Virus record (IMG/VR): IMGVR_UViG_3300006339_000005
Span: 1-64,000 of that record
Length of the DNA stretch: 64,000 nt
DNA from: a virus
Reading direction: 5' to 3' (one strand)
In this document: one piece after another, positions 8,984 to 17,586 of the stretch
Numbering within the stretch: the stretch's first letter is position 1
Layout of the letters: each line of letters starts with the position of its first letter
Position numbers and translations under genes: made by a program
The notes under the pieces: model-generated
What the model was told of the DNA's origin: nothing
Database searches by the model: none
Seen by the model: only the letters and a program-made list of their open reading frames with translations

Positions 8984-9619
8984 GTGTTGCTTAACTTAAG
9001 AGAGAACTTAACATTCGACCAAGCTAAAATGGTCATCGAGTCTACCGAGAACGACAAGGGAGGCAAAGACCTTTATTTAAAAGGAATTTGTATCCAAGGT
9101 GGGGTTAAAAATGCCAATATGCGTGTTTACCCTGTTACCGAGATAGGTAGAGCTGTCAATACACTCAATGACCAAATTACAGGTGGATATTCAGTTCTGG
9201 GCGAAGTTGATCATCCTGAAGGACTCAACATAAACTTAGACCGTGTAAGTCATCTAATCACAGAAATGTGGATGGATGGACCAAACGGTTACGGGAAACT
9301 TAAAATATTACCTACGCCGATGGGACAATTGGTTTCAACAATGCTTGAAAGCGGAGTTAAACTAGGCGTCTCATCACGTGGTAGCGGGAACGTCACAGAA
9401 GACGGAACCGGACAAGTAAGCGACTATGAAATAATTACTGTGGATATAGTTGCTCAACCCAGTGCTCCAGGGGCATACCCAACCCCAATATACGAGCATT
9501 TATTAAATACTCGTGGGGGGTATAAGGCAATGAACCTGGCACGTGAGCTAGAAGGCGACAAAAAGGCGCAGAATTATTTAAAGAATTCTTTGGTGAATAT
9601 CATCAAAGGGCTCCAGTAA
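8984..9619 (+). CDS. gp21: Prohead protease, T4 gp21 family (likely GTG start at 8984)
   Basis: GEVDHP catalytic His, GVSSRGSG catalytic Ser, D.VA.PSAPGAY; gagg SD upstream of the in-frame GTG. Confidence 0.95.
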   Translation: MLLNLRENLTFDQAKMVIESTENDKGGKDLYLKGICIQGGVKNANMRVYPVTEIGRAVNTLNDQITGGYSVLGEVDHPEGLNINLDRVSHLITEMWMDGPNGYGKLKILPTPMGQLVSTMLESGVKLGVSSRGSGNVTEDGTGQVSDYEIITVDIVAQPSAPGAYPTPIYEHLLNTRGGYKAMNLARELEGDKKAQNYLKNSLVNIIKGLQ

Positions 9620-9632
9620 TAAGGAGAAAAAT

Positions 9633-10745
9633 ATGTTGGACGCACTGAAATCACTCTTTGAAAACAATGTAATCTCTGAAGAGATCAGAGCTGAAATTCA
9701 AGAAGCATGGGACAAGAAAGTTACGGAAACAAAACTTTCTGTTACTGCTGAACTTCGCGAGGAGTTCGCTTCTAAATATGAACACGATAAAGCACAAATG
9801 GTTGAAGCAATCGATTCTATGGTGAGCGAGAAACTAGCAGAAGAAATTTCCGAGTTCACTGACGATCGCAAACAATTAGCAGAAGCAAGAGCGAAATATG
9901 TAATTGCTATGCGTGATAACGCAGATTTGCTAAAAGAGTTTGTTATGCAGTCTTTGAAGAAGGAAGTAACTGAATTACACGAAGACCAAAAAGGTATGGC
10001 CAGTAAGTTTGGCAAACTTGAGGAATTTGTGGTTGAAGCTTTGGCAAAAGAAATTGCAGAGTTCTACGAAGATAAGAAAGACTTGGCCGAAACTAAGGTA
10101 AAACTTATACGTGAAGCTAAGAAACATCTAAACAAAGTTAAATCAACTTTTGTTGAGAAGAGTGCTAAATTAGTATCAGACGTAGTTGGAAAAGGACTTA
10201 AAAAAGAAATTTCTCAACTTAAAGAAGATATTGACTCAGCACGTAAAAATGATTTTGGTCGCAAAATTTTCGAAACATTCGCTAATGAATATTCCAATAG
10301 CTACCTAAACGAGAAATCAGAAACTGCTAAACTTATGCAAGTTGTTAACATGAAAGATGGACAAATTAAAGAAGTTAAAGCAGAGGTAGATGAGAAATCA
10401 AAAACGATCGCAGAGAAAAATGCAGAAATTTCTAAAATTTCTGATGCGGCTAAGAGAAAAGATGTCATGTCTGAACTAACTGCTCCTTTGAGCAAAGAAC
10501 AGCGTGAAATTATGAACGACTTACTGGAAAGTGTACAAACTGACAAATTGCAAAAACAATTTGACAAGTATATGCCGGCGGTTATCGACGGGAAAACTCC
10601 AGCAAAGAAGAAGGCGACATTAACAGAATCAGAGGCAAAACAAGTAGCAATAACAGGCAACAAAGAAGAATCTAACGTTAGTAGTGTAAGCTCGGAAGCA
10701 ACAAGTAATATTGTTGACATTCGAAGACTTGCAGGATTGAATTAA
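9633..10745 (+). CDS. gp22: Prohead core scaffold, T4 gp22-like (370 aa)
   Basis: Coiled-coil, Glu/Lys-rich protein between the protease and the major capsid gene. Confidence 0.85.
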   Translation: MLDALKSLFENNVISEEIRAEIQEAWDKKVTETKLSVTAELREEFASKYEHDKAQMVEAIDSMVSEKLAEEISEFTDDRKQLAEARAKYVIAMRDNADLLKEFVMQSLKKEVTELHEDQKGMASKFGKLEEFVVEALAKEIAEFYEDKKDLAETKVKLIREAKKHLNKVKSTFVEKSAKLVSDVVGKGLKKEISQLKEDIDSARKNDFGRKIFETFANEYSNSYLNEKSETAKLMQVVNMKDGQIKEVKAEVDEKSKTIAEKNAEISKISDAAKRKDVMSELTAPLSKEQREIMNDLLESVQTDKLQKQFDKYMPAVIDGKTPAKKKATLTESEAKQVAITGNKEESNVSSVSSEATSNIVDIRRLAGLN

Positions 10746-10755
10746 GGAGAAAACA

Positions 10756-11922
10756 ATGTCAGAACTACTAGAAAATCGCTGGCAGGATACCAAAACCGCT
10801 CTTTTAGAAGGCCTTAACGGTAACAAGAAAGCAGTGATGGCAAGTACTCTTGAAAACACACGCAAGTGGTTGAATGAGACTGCTACCGCTGGATCTACAT
10901 CAGCAGGTAATGTTGCAACTCTTAACAGAGTTATCCTTCCGGTAATAAGACGGGTTATGCCGACTGTAATAGCTAATGAATTGGTTGGAGTACAACCAAT
11001 GACTGGCCCAGTTGGACAAATCCACACATTGAGAGTTCGTTACGCGGACTTTTCAGATGGTAACGAAATAGGTGAAGAAGCACTTTCACCATTTAAGATC
11101 GCGGCGGCTTATGCAGGTAATGCCACTGACGCTACCCCTGGTGCGGCTGGTACAGCCAATCTAGAAGGTACGGCTGGCAAACGCTTGAGCATCCAAATCT
11201 TAAAACAAACTGTCGAAGCAAAGACTAGAAAGCTATCAGCTCGCTGGACTTTTGAATCGGCACAAGATGCACAAGCACAGCAAGGCATCGACATCGAAGC
11301 AGAAATTATGGCGGCATTAGCCCAAGAAATTACTGCTGAAATCGATCAAGAAGTTCTTGCATCTTTACGTGCTTTAGCAGGTACTCAGAACCAACAAGCA
11401 TACGATCAAAATGCTGTTAGTGGTACTGCAACATTCGTCGGTGACGAACACGCGGCATTGGCTGTAATGGTCAACCGTGTTGCAAATACTATTGCTCAGC
11501 GTACACGTCGTGGTGCTGGTAACTGGGCTGTGGTTTCACCACACGCTCTAACTGTACTACAATCAGCTACAACTTCAGCGTTCGCAAGAACAACTGAAGG
11601 CACTTTTGAAGCTCCAACAAATACAAAATTCGTTGGAACACTAAACGGTGCAATGAAAGTATATGTTGACTCATATGCGGCTGATACTACAGCAGTACTA
11701 GTTGGTTACAAAGGAACAAGTGAAGCGGACGCTCCGTCATTCTACTGCCCATACATCCCATTGATGTCAAGCGGTGTTGTGTTGGATCCAAGTACATTTG
11801 AACCAGTTGTAAGTTTCATGACTAGATATGGATATGTTGAGTTAAACAACACAGCATCTTCACTAGGTAATGCGGCTGACTACTTGGGTACGGTAACCAT
11901 CGCAAACGTAACATTCTCTTAA
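10756..11922 (+). CDS. gp23: Major capsid protein, T4 gp23 family (388 aa)
   Basis: LPVIRRVMP..IA.ELVGVQPMTGPVGQI, RKLSARWTFE.AQD, EIDQE, YCPYIPL, MTRYG. Confidence 0.96.
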   Translation: MSELLENRWQDTKTALLEGLNGNKKAVMASTLENTRKWLNETATAGSTSAGNVATLNRVILPVIRRVMPTVIANELVGVQPMTGPVGQIHTLRVRYADFSDGNEIGEEALSPFKIAAAYAGNATDATPGAAGTANLEGTAGKRLSIQILKQTVEAKTRKLSARWTFESAQDAQAQQGIDIEAEIMAALAQEITAEIDQEVLASLRALAGTQNQQAYDQNAVSGTATFVGDEHAALAVMVNRVANTIAQRTRRGAGNWAVVSPHALTVLQSATTSAFARTTEGTFEAPTNTKFVGTLNGAMKVYVDSYAADTTAVLVGYKGTSEADAPSFYCPYIPLMSSGVVLDPSTFEPVVSFMTRYGYVELNNTASSLGNAADYLGTVTIANVTFS

Positions 11923-11944
11923 TAGAGATATTACAAGTGATTAT

Positions 11945-11978
11945 GAGAGGGCGGTCTTAGGATCGCCCTTTCTTTTTC
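11945..11978 (+). terminator. Intrinsic terminator after the major capsid gene
   Basis: 12-bp stem gagagggcggtc/gatcgccctttc, ttag loop, then a T-tract. Confidence 0.85.
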
Positions 11979-11981
11979 TAT

Positions 11982-12001
11982 TTTGGATAAACTTATCCAC
12001 A
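11982..12001. promoter_or_regulatory. Inverted pair of DnaA-box-like 9-mers
   Basis: TTATCCACA (perfect) at 11993-12001; tttggataa at 11982-11990 reads TTATCCAAA (1 mismatch) on minus; 2-bp spacer. Confidence 0.55.
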
Positions 12002-12056
12002 AAAAAATAAAGAAAATCGTTGACTTTTAACTATAAGATGTTATTATACATATAAT
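12001..12056 (+). promoter_or_regulatory. Sigma70-type promoter with an A-tract UP element
   Basis: A-rich tract 12001-12016, TTGACT 12020-12025, TGn-TATTAT 12039-12047 (16-bp spacer), second TATAAT at 12051-12056. Confidence 0.7.
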
Positions 12057-12057
12057 A

Positions 12058-12270
12058 CTTAGACGGTAGCTCTGTTTAAGTAGGAAGTGTGCAAGGAAGA
12101 GCCTCTTACCAGAGGGGTGAACTTGACTGTACAGGGGTGGTACCCAGGGTGGGTAGCTGAAAGGCGCTTATCCAAATCGACTTACCAGTCGGGTATAGGT
12201 TTTCCGCAACAATAGATAGGTATCTGTGAGGCGGGATTGTAGGTGTAACCAAGTCCTACCATTTCCACTA
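12058..12270 (+). ncRNA. Putative ~210-nt structured non-coding RNA, family not identified
   Basis: No ORF; about 50% GC (hand count over 12061-12240); has its own promoter and terminator; multiple stems including 5'/3' end pairing and a GAAA tetraloop. Confidence 0.65.
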
Positions 12271-12285
12271 TAAATTTAATGAGTC

Positions 12286-12327
12286 GAGCCCAGGATGGCT
12301 ATTAAACGCTGTTCTGGGCTTTCTCTT
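12286..12327 (+). terminator. Intrinsic terminator closing the putative ncRNA
   Basis: gagcccaggatggc/gctgttctgggctt stem followed by tctctt. Confidence 0.75.
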
Positions 12328-12413
12328 GATAAATAGCTTTAAGTAAACGAGCCCGAAAGGGACTTATGGGGACAACACCCCGTAAACTTAGAACGTTTAA
12401 CAGGAGAAAACAA
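12328..12413 (+). promoter_or_regulatory. Late promoter GATAAATA plus a structured 5' leader
   Basis: GATAAATA 12328-12335; stem taaacg/cgttta (12344-12349/12394-12399) encloses a ccc-gaaa-ggg hairpin and a tatgggg/ccccgta hairpin; SD aggag at 12402. Confidence 0.6.
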
Positions 12414-12785
12414 ATGGGAAGACCAGTAAACAAAAGAATCTTTGGAACAGCCGTTGGTAACGTCGCAGTTACTAGCTATTATTTTTCAGGAGGAGAAGAA
12501 GCTCAAGAACCGCAAGGCTCAATTGTAAAACAAACAGGAACTAATTATTTTTTAGTTACTGATGGCACTACAACTGAAAACTTGCAGTTGGTTAATGGAG
12601 TACAAGATTCCTTAGGCGAAGGCGAATTCATCGTAAATGCTAAAGATGATAGTGGAACGGCTACACAAGTTACAAAGTTCTACAATAGAACAGTTATTAC
12701 TGAAGGAACCGACAAATATCCTTATACATTAAGTGATAGTAACGCGGCTTCTGCCTCAGTAAGAACAGTAGATGTAATTACGTAA
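12414..12785 (+). CDS. Small virion protein, paralog 1 (MGRPVNKR..., true start 12414)
   Basis: aggag SD before the in-frame ATG at 12414; clearly paralogous to 12882-13262. Confidence 0.8.
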   Translation: MGRPVNKRIFGTAVGNVAVTSYYFSGGEEAQEPQGSIVKQTGTNYFLVTDGTTTENLQLVNGVQDSLGEGEFIVNAKDDSGTATQVTKFYNRTVITEGTDKYPYTLSDSNAASASVRTVDVIT

Positions 12786-12818
12786 TCTAGTTTTTAGGAT
12801 TGAATTAACTAGAATTGG

Positions 12819-12860
12819 AAGCCCGGACTATGTTCGGGCTTTCTCTTTTTCTGATAAATA
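12819..12860 (+). terminator. Intrinsic terminator followed by late promoter GATAAATA (12853-12860)
   Basis: aagcccgga/ttcgggctt stem, then tctcttttt. Confidence 0.8.
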
Positions 12861-12881
12861 CATTAAAGCAGGAGATTAAAA

Positions 12882-13262
12882 ATGGGTAGACCAGTAAACA
12901 AACGAAATTTTGGAGAAGGTAATGGAAAACTCCAGGTTACACGCCATTTTTTCACAGGACAAGCTGAAGCATCTACAAAAGCATGGATTTTAGCACAACG
13001 TTCAGTAAATAAATTTAAGGTATCTGATGGTACCACTACTGAAATTTTATTGTTAGTTAATAAAGCCGCTGGAACATTAGTAGCTGGCGAAATGTCAATT
13101 GACGGAGTACTGGATGATTCAACAGTTGTTCAAATTACAAAAATTTGGAATAACGTCGTTCAGTATGAAGGTACGACACGAGGAAAAATGGTCATCGGTG
13201 GAAGTGACGCAGGTGGCGAAGACGATGCAACTGCAAATACTGTAACAGTTGATGGGCAATAA
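12882..13262 (+). CDS. Small virion protein, paralog 2 (126 aa)
   Basis: MGRPVNKR..G....VT..FF.G..EA, F.V.DGTTTE.L.LVN and QVTK/QITK motifs shared with paralog 1. Confidence 0.8.
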   Translation: MGRPVNKRNFGEGNGKLQVTRHFFTGQAEASTKAWILAQRSVNKFKVSDGTTTEILLLVNKAAGTLVAGEMSIDGVLDDSTVVQITKIWNNVVQYEGTTRGKMVIGGSDAGGEDDATANTVTVDGQ

Positions 13263-13264
13263 TA

Positions 13265-14239
13265 ATGTCAAAACACGTAACAACAAGTGGTGATTATACT
13301 TTAAAAGTAGCTGACTCGGGCACAATTACTCTCGACACAGGACTTAATATTGGACAAGTTCATGTTACAGGTGATCTCCTTATTAGTGGAACACAAACTA
13401 CAGTTAATTCAACTGACCTAAATATTAATGATAATATTATTGTTCTTAATGCAAACGAATCAGGCATAGGAGTTACATTAAACGAAGCAGGAATTAGAAT
13501 TGAACGCGGCAGTTTAGCTGACGTACAATTTCTTTTTAATGAAAATGTTATATGGAATGATCCTGTAAGTCAAACAACAAAGACAGGGGCTTTTGTCCTT
13601 AAAGACGAAGCTGGTAGTAACATCGGATTAGAATGTAGAAGTATTTCAACAGGCGGTGGTGACCTATTTTTAATTAATGCTGGCACAGGTGTAATTAGTG
13701 TCAGTGGTACTAACAACTATGAAAATCAAGTTGTAGATGACGACGATTTACCTAATAAAAAATATGTTGATGATGAAATTGTATCAGGACTTGCCACAAT
13801 AAACATTAAGAAAATTAGAGACGGTGTAACAACCAAAACAGATGTTGTTGTAGCTGACATTGAAACTAATCCAGGCACAGCAAGTAATATAAAAGTATCA
13901 GTTGACGGAAATAATCATATAACAGTCTATGATAACAGAACAGAAATTCATGATTTAAGAATACATGGTAGTACAATCGAAACAACTGTTAGTTCAGCAG
14001 ACTTAAGACTTGCGGCACCTGGAACAGGATCAATTATAATTGATGACCAACTACATATTTTAAGTACACCAAGTATTGATGATGCTACAATAGACCCAAC
14101 AGCACCAACTGATGGATTAAAATTATATGCTAAGACTCCTGGAATAGGTAAAACTGGCTTATTTTATGTAAATAGTAGTAACGTTAGAGATGAAATTTTA
14201 AGCAAGAATAGATCTTTACTTTTAAGTATGATCTTTTAA
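13265..14239 (+). CDS. Virion fibre/shaft protein (324 aa)
   Basis: Beta-rich fibre motifs (VTGDL.I.GTQTTVNS..L.I.DN.I.LN; AGI.IERG; NKKYVD) and a hydrophobic C-terminal helix. Confidence 0.7.
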   Translation: MSKHVTTSGDYTLKVADSGTITLDTGLNIGQVHVTGDLLISGTQTTVNSTDLNINDNIIVLNANESGIGVTLNEAGIRIERGSLADVQFLFNENVIWNDPVSQTTKTGAFVLKDEAGSNIGLECRSISTGGGDLFLINAGTGVISVSGTNNYENQVVDDDDLPNKKYVDDEIVSGLATINIKKIRDGVTTKTDVVVADIETNPGTASNIKVSVDGNNHITVYDNRTEIHDLRIHGSTIETTVSSADLRLAAPGTGSIIIDDQLHILSTPSIDDATIDPTAPTDGLKLYAKTPGIGKTGLFYVNSSNVRDEILSKNRSLLLSMIF

Positions 14240-14251
14240 GGATAGGGAAAA

Positions 14252-14584
14252 ATGGCAATAGCACAAGCACTTTTGGTAGCAACAGACGTAACAGTATTAG
14301 AAGTTCCAGCTGGAAAATCATATGCTATTACCACTATTATGGTGGTTAATCATGCAGGATTCGACGCGGCAGGTACAAATGATACATCATTTGATTTACA
14401 CTTTGTAAAAGATACCGAAGCTAAAAGTAATACTAATATGGTTGTAAAAGAACTACCAGTCCCTGGAGGCGAAACATTTACATTTGATAGTGAAAAAATT
14501 ATTTTAGAAGCTGGTGATAAAGTTGTAAGTGTTTCTCAAGCACCTTTGAATTTAGCTATTACTGTTAGTTACTTGGAAGTATAA
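14252..14584 (+). CDS. Small fibre adaptor protein (110 aa)
   Basis: Paralogous to 19071-19400 and 35229-35549 (VP.G, ..L..GD.V.V pattern). Confidence 0.7.
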   Translation: MAIAQALLVATDVTVLEVPAGKSYAITTIMVVNHAGFDAAGTNDTSFDLHFVKDTEAKSNTNMVVKELPVPGGETFTFDSEKIILEAGDKVVSVSQAPLNLAITVSYLEV

Positions 14585-15087
14585 TGAGATTCCTAAGACA
14601 ACAATCCACACAAAATCGCGGTATCTTTGGCAATAAAGATATTCGTAAAAATATTTACGGTTTAGTGACTATTGACAGTACTGATAAAATGCAGATTCCA
14701 AAAGGAACTGCGGCACAGAATATAACAGCATCAGTAGATGGACAAATTCGTTACAATACTGATACTGATGTATTTGAAAATCGTCAAGCTGGTGCTTGGG
14801 CACCTGTTAGACGTTTTGAACCAGCAAGTATTGTTCAACAAGCATTAGGTAACGGAGATGACGTTGAAACAAAATTTGGTCCACTAGTTAATAACGACAC
14901 TTATAATCCAAGCCCAGCCGCGGCTGAAAATTTAATTGTTCTAATTGAAAACGTATTCCAATTAGCAACTACAAACTACACTTTAGAACAAAACCCACCA
15001 GGTAAAGCTGTTGGCTGGTATGTAGTATTTGGAACAGCAGTTCCAGTCGGCAAACCAGTAACAGTCCTCCATAACTTCGATAAGTAA
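14584..15087 (+). CDS. Virion structural protein (167 aa)
   Basis: IPKGT.AQ...GQIRYNTD..VFE knob motif shared with neighbouring fibre genes; TAATG coupling. Confidence 0.7.
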   Translation: MRFLRQQSTQNRGIFGNKDIRKNIYGLVTIDSTDKMQIPKGTAAQNITASVDGQIRYNTDTDVFENRQAGAWAPVRRFEPASIVQQALGNGDDVETKFGPLVNNDTYNPSPAAAENLIVLIENVFQLATTNYTLEQNPPGKAVGWYVVFGTAVPVGKPVTVLHNFDK

Positions 15088-15122
15088 CTTCCGATAAATA
15101 TATAACGTAGAGGGAGTTATAT

Positions 15123-17444
15123 ATGCCACAAGTTGCGAGAATATCAGGTCCGCTATTAGCGGCTAATCTAAAAAGAACACAATCAAACCTATCCGTTGAT
15201 AATGACCTATTATATATAGGACATTTAACTGGTAAGGTTGGTATTAGAACTGCTTCTCAAGCCTCAGAATTAGATATCTTTGGCCAAACTATATCTAATG
15301 ACTTTATGTCTGACAGACTTACTGGGGGTAATCTTAAAGTAGATACAACTGGTGTGACAGCAATAGTTGGTGATATTATTTTAGATTCTCAAGGTACTAT
15401 TCACGCAGATGAATTACACACCGAAAACTTAACATTTAATGACAATTATATAGGAAGTAAAAATAATTCTGATATTGTACTAGATACAAATGGTACAGGA
15501 ACTGTTGAATTCCCTAAAACAAAAGTTACCGGTACTATTAGTACAACTGGAAATATAACTATTCCAGGCAATATTACTGTTGGTGGCACAATGAATCTTG
15601 GAGATGAACCAACAGATACAATTAGTTTTAATTTTGCTGAGCTTTCACAAGACTTTACTCCACATACTACAGCAGGTGCCTATAGTTTAGGAAGTCCAAC
15701 TAGAGTATGGAATAATGTATCTACTAGTCAAGCAACTATTGGTGATATTGAAATAGATAATGATTATATAACAACTAAAACACTTAATAATAACTTAACA
15801 CTTAGACCTAGTGGTACAGGAAGTATTGTTATAGATGATGTAGCTATTAGTGGACATAACTTAATATCTTCAGGATCATCTTGGAATGTAAACACAGGAA
15901 CTTTTTCAGGTTTTGTACAACCAACAAACCCATCATTATCAAATTATAAAACTGGCGGCATTAGTTTTAGTCCGGATGGAACAAAGTGTTTTGTATCTGC
16001 TGAAGTTAATCAAACTATTAGAGCTTATATATGTACTACACCTTGGGACATTTCAAGTATTAATGCTGGTGCAGTTGTTACAGCGTTTGATACATCAACA
16101 GAAACACAAGTAGGTGCATCTCTGTTTAACGGACTTGTTGGTCATTTTTGGAGACCAGATGGAACAAAATTATTTGTATCAGGTGGGTATGGAGATACTG
16201 GTAGTGATCAATCAAGATTTTTTGCATATGAAGTAAGTATCGCTTGGGACATTACACAATGTCAATTTACTGGAGAAGCAAGTTTTCTAGGTATTTCAAA
16301 ATTTGATGCTCCTAACTTTCATATGAGTCCAGATGGTAGATATATATTCTGGATGTACTATGATTCTACATGGAAAATTATTCGATATGAATTATCTACA
16401 CCTTGGGATCTTACTACTACTGGATCGTCACAAAATATACAATTAAGCACTTTCCATTCAGGAACAGAAGGAAATGCTATATGGTTTAATAATTCTGGAA
16501 CTAAACTATACCTTGTTGATTTTGATGAAGTTGTCCATACATTTGTTTTAGCAGTTGGGTTTGACCTTAATACTATAACATCAGTTGGTGTAACTAAAAA
16601 TGTAGGCGCACAAGAAGGGACAATGCCTGGTGCTTGGACTTCAGCAATGGCTATGACATTTAAGCATGATGGGGCTAGATTATATGTAGTTGGGTTAGGT
16701 GCCAGCGGACTTCCTTTACATGGAAGTATTAAACAATTTGACTTAGATATTGCTCGTGATTTAGTAATTACACCCGGTAGTGGAAACATTACAATAAGCT
16801 CTGTAGCGGCATTAAACGTACCAGATGGTACAGAAGCACAAAGACCAAGTTCAAATCGTGATGTTAGATACAATACAACTACTAATTTCTTTGAATTATT
16901 TTCAACTGCTTATACTCCTTTAAGAGGTATATGGAGTGAAGATAGACAAACTTATGTATTAGCAAACGCTGGTAATGATTTTAGCTTTGTTACTAATGGT
17001 GTTACAACTACAACATTATCTACTACTGGATTAACAACTAATAAACTAATATCACAAAATACTGTAGAGATAGATGGAAATACTATTTCTTCTGCAACAA
17101 CAAATGCTGATTTTAATTTAACTGCAACAGGTGTTGTTAATATAGCTAATTTTAAATTTAATGCAAGTACAATACATAACACAGTAGCCCAACCATTTAA
17201 ACTTTCTAAAACAGGTAATACTGGGTATGTCCAATTTGATGCTAATGTTGGAATGGTTATTCCTGCAGGATCAACTGCACAACGTCCAATTGGTATTATA
17301 GGACAAACACGTTTTAATACTGACCTAGCTTACATGGAAACTTACGACGGTACAGACTGGGCCAACATCGCAGGTGTTGGTGGTGGTATCACTGAACAGT
17401 ACATGGAAGAATTGGTTAATATCTATACCATAGCACTCGCATAA
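15123..17444 (+). CDS. Fibre protein with an inserted beta-propeller (773 aa)
   Basis: ISGPLL..NL.R N-terminus shared with the next gene; five xFSxDGTK...LSTPWD-type blades at 15875-16750; preceded by GATAAATA 15093-15100. Confidence 0.8.
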   Translation: MPQVARISGPLLAANLKRTQSNLSVDNDLLYIGHLTGKVGIRTASQASELDIFGQTISNDFMSDRLTGGNLKVDTTGVTAIVGDIILDSQGTIHADELHTENLTFNDNYIGSKNNSDIVLDTNGTGTVEFPKTKVTGTISTTGNITIPGNITVGGTMNLGDEPTDTISFNFAELSQDFTPHTTAGAYSLGSPTRVWNNVSTSQATIGDIEIDNDYITTKTLNNNLTLRPSGTGSIVIDDVAISGHNLISSGSSWNVNTGTFSGFVQPTNPSLSNYKTGGISFSPDGTKCFVSAEVNQTIRAYICTTPWDISSINAGAVVTAFDTSTETQVGASLFNGLVGHFWRPDGTKLFVSGGYGDTGSDQSRFFAYEVSIAWDITQCQFTGEASFLGISKFDAPNFHMSPDGRYIFWMYYDSTWKIIRYELSTPWDLTTTGSSQNIQLSTFHSGTEGNAIWFNNSGTKLYLVDFDEVVHTFVLAVGFDLNTITSVGVTKNVGAQEGTMPGAWTSAMAMTFKHDGARLYVVGLGASGLPLHGSIKQFDLDIARDLVITPGSGNITISSVAALNVPDGTEAQRPSSNRDVRYNTTTNFFELFSTAYTPLRGIWSEDRQTYVLANAGNDFSFVTNGVTTTTLSTTGLTTNKLISQNTVEIDGNTISSATTNADFNLTATGVVNIANFKFNASTIHNTVAQPFKLSKTGNTGYVQFDANVGMVIPAGSTAQRPIGIIGQTRFNTDLAYMETYDGTDWANIAGVGGGITEQYMEELVNIYTIALA

Positions 17445-17455
17445 TTTCCAAAAAC

Positions 17456-17586
17456 GATAAATACAATTGTCATAGTACATGACCAATAGGAGGAGAGAGA
17501 CCTCTTATGTATTATGGGACATACTGCGGTTAACCGGCAATGATATCTAGGTTAGAGGGACAGGATCCCCGTATTAGGAGAGAACA
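17456..17586 (+). promoter_or_regulatory. Late promoter GATAAATA plus a 120-nt structured leader
   Basis: Long hairpin 17472-17515; atac/gtat closing stem around tgc/gca and ggga/tccc hairpins; possible pseudoknot taacc/ggtta; SD aggag 17576-17580. Confidence 0.55.

Noticed and set aside
2412-11294. Long antisense ORFs (2412-2732, 4356-4787, 6625-7035, 8351-8821, 10301-10720 and similar ones later)
   Set aside because: They are shadows of strongly biased plus-strand codons, with Ser/Pro/Phe-rich low-complexity translations and no SD or promoter.
12133-12146. T-box antiterminator-like GGGUGGUACC
   Set aside because: The downstream pairing strand, specifier stem and an amino-acid-related gene are all missing; kept only as part of the unidentified RNA.
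12366-12413. N-terminal extension of the ORF called at 12366
   Set aside because: The ATG lies inside a hairpin without an SD; the paralog and the AGGAG place the start at 12414.
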